From an uncultured Chloroflexia bacterium (GTDB lineage Bacteria; Chloroflexota; Limnocylindria; QHBO01): 64,000 nt of DNA. Made by a program: the position numbers and the translations under genes. This document shows, piece by piece, positions 62,762-64,000 of the stretch. The notes under the pieces are model-generated. The model had not been told where the DNA came from. It saw nothing but the letters and a program-made list of their open reading frames with translations, and did not search any database. Where the stretch lies: the NCBI GenBank assembly GCA_963699235.1, contig OY969424.1:1529103-1593102 (forward strand), given 5' to 3'. Position 1 is the first letter of the stretch. Each line of letters opens with the position of its first letter.

Positions 62762-63946
62762 TCACGGCCGCGCGTCGCGGTCCCGTCCCACGCCGTTCCG
62801 TCGCGACTTCTTGGCCTGCGCCCGCTCGAGGCGCGCGCGGGCGCGGGACAGCCGAACGGATGGCTCCCCGCGGACGCGGGCCGGATTCAGCGCGTCGGGG
62901 CGGTCGCCCCGTGCCACCGCGGCCAGGAGAGCCGACGCCCGATCGAGGTCACCGGCATCGGTGAGCAGCTGGATGCGGGTGTACCAGCCGTCGCCATCGG
63001 TCACCGGCTGCTCGAGCAGCCGCTCGAGGAGCGCCCCGGCCTGCGCCGCGTTGCCCATCCGGCGATGGGCGAGGTAGGACGCCCGCAGGTCGGGAACGGT
63101 GGGCTCCAGGGCCAGCCCGGCCAGGTAGTCGAGGAGCAGGTCCGCGTTCACGGCGCGCTCGGCTACCGGTCCGCGGCGGACGTGGCGCTCGCGGAAGTCG
63201 GCCAGCAGGGCCCGCAGCTCGCGCTGGAGCCAGGTTCGGGCAGCCAACGCACCCGGCGGCCAGCGCGCCCCGGCCTCCGCCATGAAAGCAGCCCCGGCCA
63301 GGTGGCGATCGGTCAGCTCGTAAGCCCCCCGGAGGTCGGACCGTGCCAGGGTGTCGAACGAGGGATCGACCTCGACCAGTCGTTCGAGGGTGCCCACCCA
63401 GTCGTCCAGGCGGCCACGCTCCTGGTAGTGGGCGGCGGCGAAGCGGAGCCAGTACCGCTCCCGATGGTCGCGCCAATCCTGGCCGTCGATGTAGTGCTCG
63501 ACGATCCACCGCCGCTGGGCCTCGGGCTCGTCGAGGAACACTGCGGCCGGAACACGGAAGCCGGCCACTGACCGCCAGGCGGGCTGGTGCCACGGGCTGG
63601 GCTCGGCCGCCACCCGTGGACGGCGCGCGCGGCGCGTGCGCGATGGCGCCGTGCGACCGGGCTCGCCGGCCTCCAGCGGCCACGGCAGTGTCGGCGCCTC
63701 ACCGCGCTCGAGGGCTCCGTCGTAGGCGCGGCGGCGGAGCGGGTCGCGGAGCTCGGACCATGCCCGGTTCAGGAGCGATGTTCGCCTCGTCGCGAGCGCG
63801 GACCCGGCCGGGCTCCGATCGGGGTGGTGGAGCAGGACGGCGCGCCGGAACGCCACTCGCAGCTCATCGGGCGTAGCCGACGGGTCCGCGTCCAGCACGG
63901 CGTAGAAATCGAGATCCTGGTGGGTGACGTCCGGCGAGGAGGCCAT
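62762..63946 (-). CDS. J-domain (DnaJ-like) protein with C-terminal helical/TPR-like domain
   Basis: DFYAVLDADPSATPDELRVAFRRAVLLHHPDR J-domain with the HPD motif. Start taken at the internal ATG (MASSPD). Confidence 0.65.
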   Translation of the reverse strand: MASSPDVTHQDLDFYAVLDADPSATPDELRVAFRRAVLLHHPDRSPAGSALATRRTSLLNRAWSELRDPLRRRAYDGALERGEAPTLPWPLEAGEPGRTAPSRTRRARRPRVAAEPSPWHQPAWRSVAGFRVPAAVFLDEPEAQRRWIVEHYIDGQDWRDHRERYWLRFAAAHYQERGRLDDWVGTLERLVEVDPSFDTLARSDLRGAYELTDRHLAGAAFMAEAGARWPPGALAARTWLQRELRALLADFRERHVRRGPVAERAVNADLLLDYLAGLALEPTVPDLRASYLAHRRMGNAAQAGALLERLLEQPVTDGDGWYTRIQLLTDAGDLDRASALLAAVARGDRPDALNPARVRGEPSVRLSRARARLERAQAKKSRRNGVGRDRDARP

Positions 63947-64000
63947 CCGACGAGTGTACGGGTCCGTTGGTTGGGTCGGGGTTGCTAGACTCCCCCGCAA

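Overview
High-GC (~70%) bacterial chromosomal segment; gene content looks Actinomycetota-like. It is densely packed with housekeeping genes. Recognisable blocks: FGE + arylsulfatase; SHOCT/PLDc_N/DUF6325 small membrane proteins; a CPA1 Na+/H+ antiporter; a translationally coupled GcvT-like/STAS/CrtI-like oxidoreductase operon (the GcvT-like gene is frameshifted); an MrfA/MrfB-like helicase-exonuclease pair behind a LexA-like palindrome; PfkB kinase; ychF; D-2-hydroxyacid dehydrogenase; murI; a coupled operon of a UvrD-family helicase fused to a 4-Cys PD-(D/E)XK nuclease (frameshifted), a membrane protein, a SAM methyltransferase and a REC-MinD/CpaE-like ATPase; rarA; a class V aminotransferase; MoxR-DUF58-TgpA; fhaA-fhaB-rodA-pbpA with no linked pstP/pknAB; a valS operon with a T-box leader followed by zinc-ribbon proteins and a second CpaE-like ATPase; clpX and clpP-tig separated by a divergently oriented nucleoside-hydrolase lipoprotein gene; tRNA-Leu(UAG) and tRNA-Lys(CUU); two tandem giant secreted PQQ-sugar-dehydrogenase-like/PKD proteins, one with a perfect 640-bp internal direct repeat and the other with three CWB2 cell-wall-binding repeats; DUF3618/holin-X/DUF3105; two M16 peptidases; a J-domain protein. 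No CRISPR array, transposase or integrase was seen. Two clear frameshifts and one gene without a canonical start suggest either indel sequencing errors or pseudogenes.
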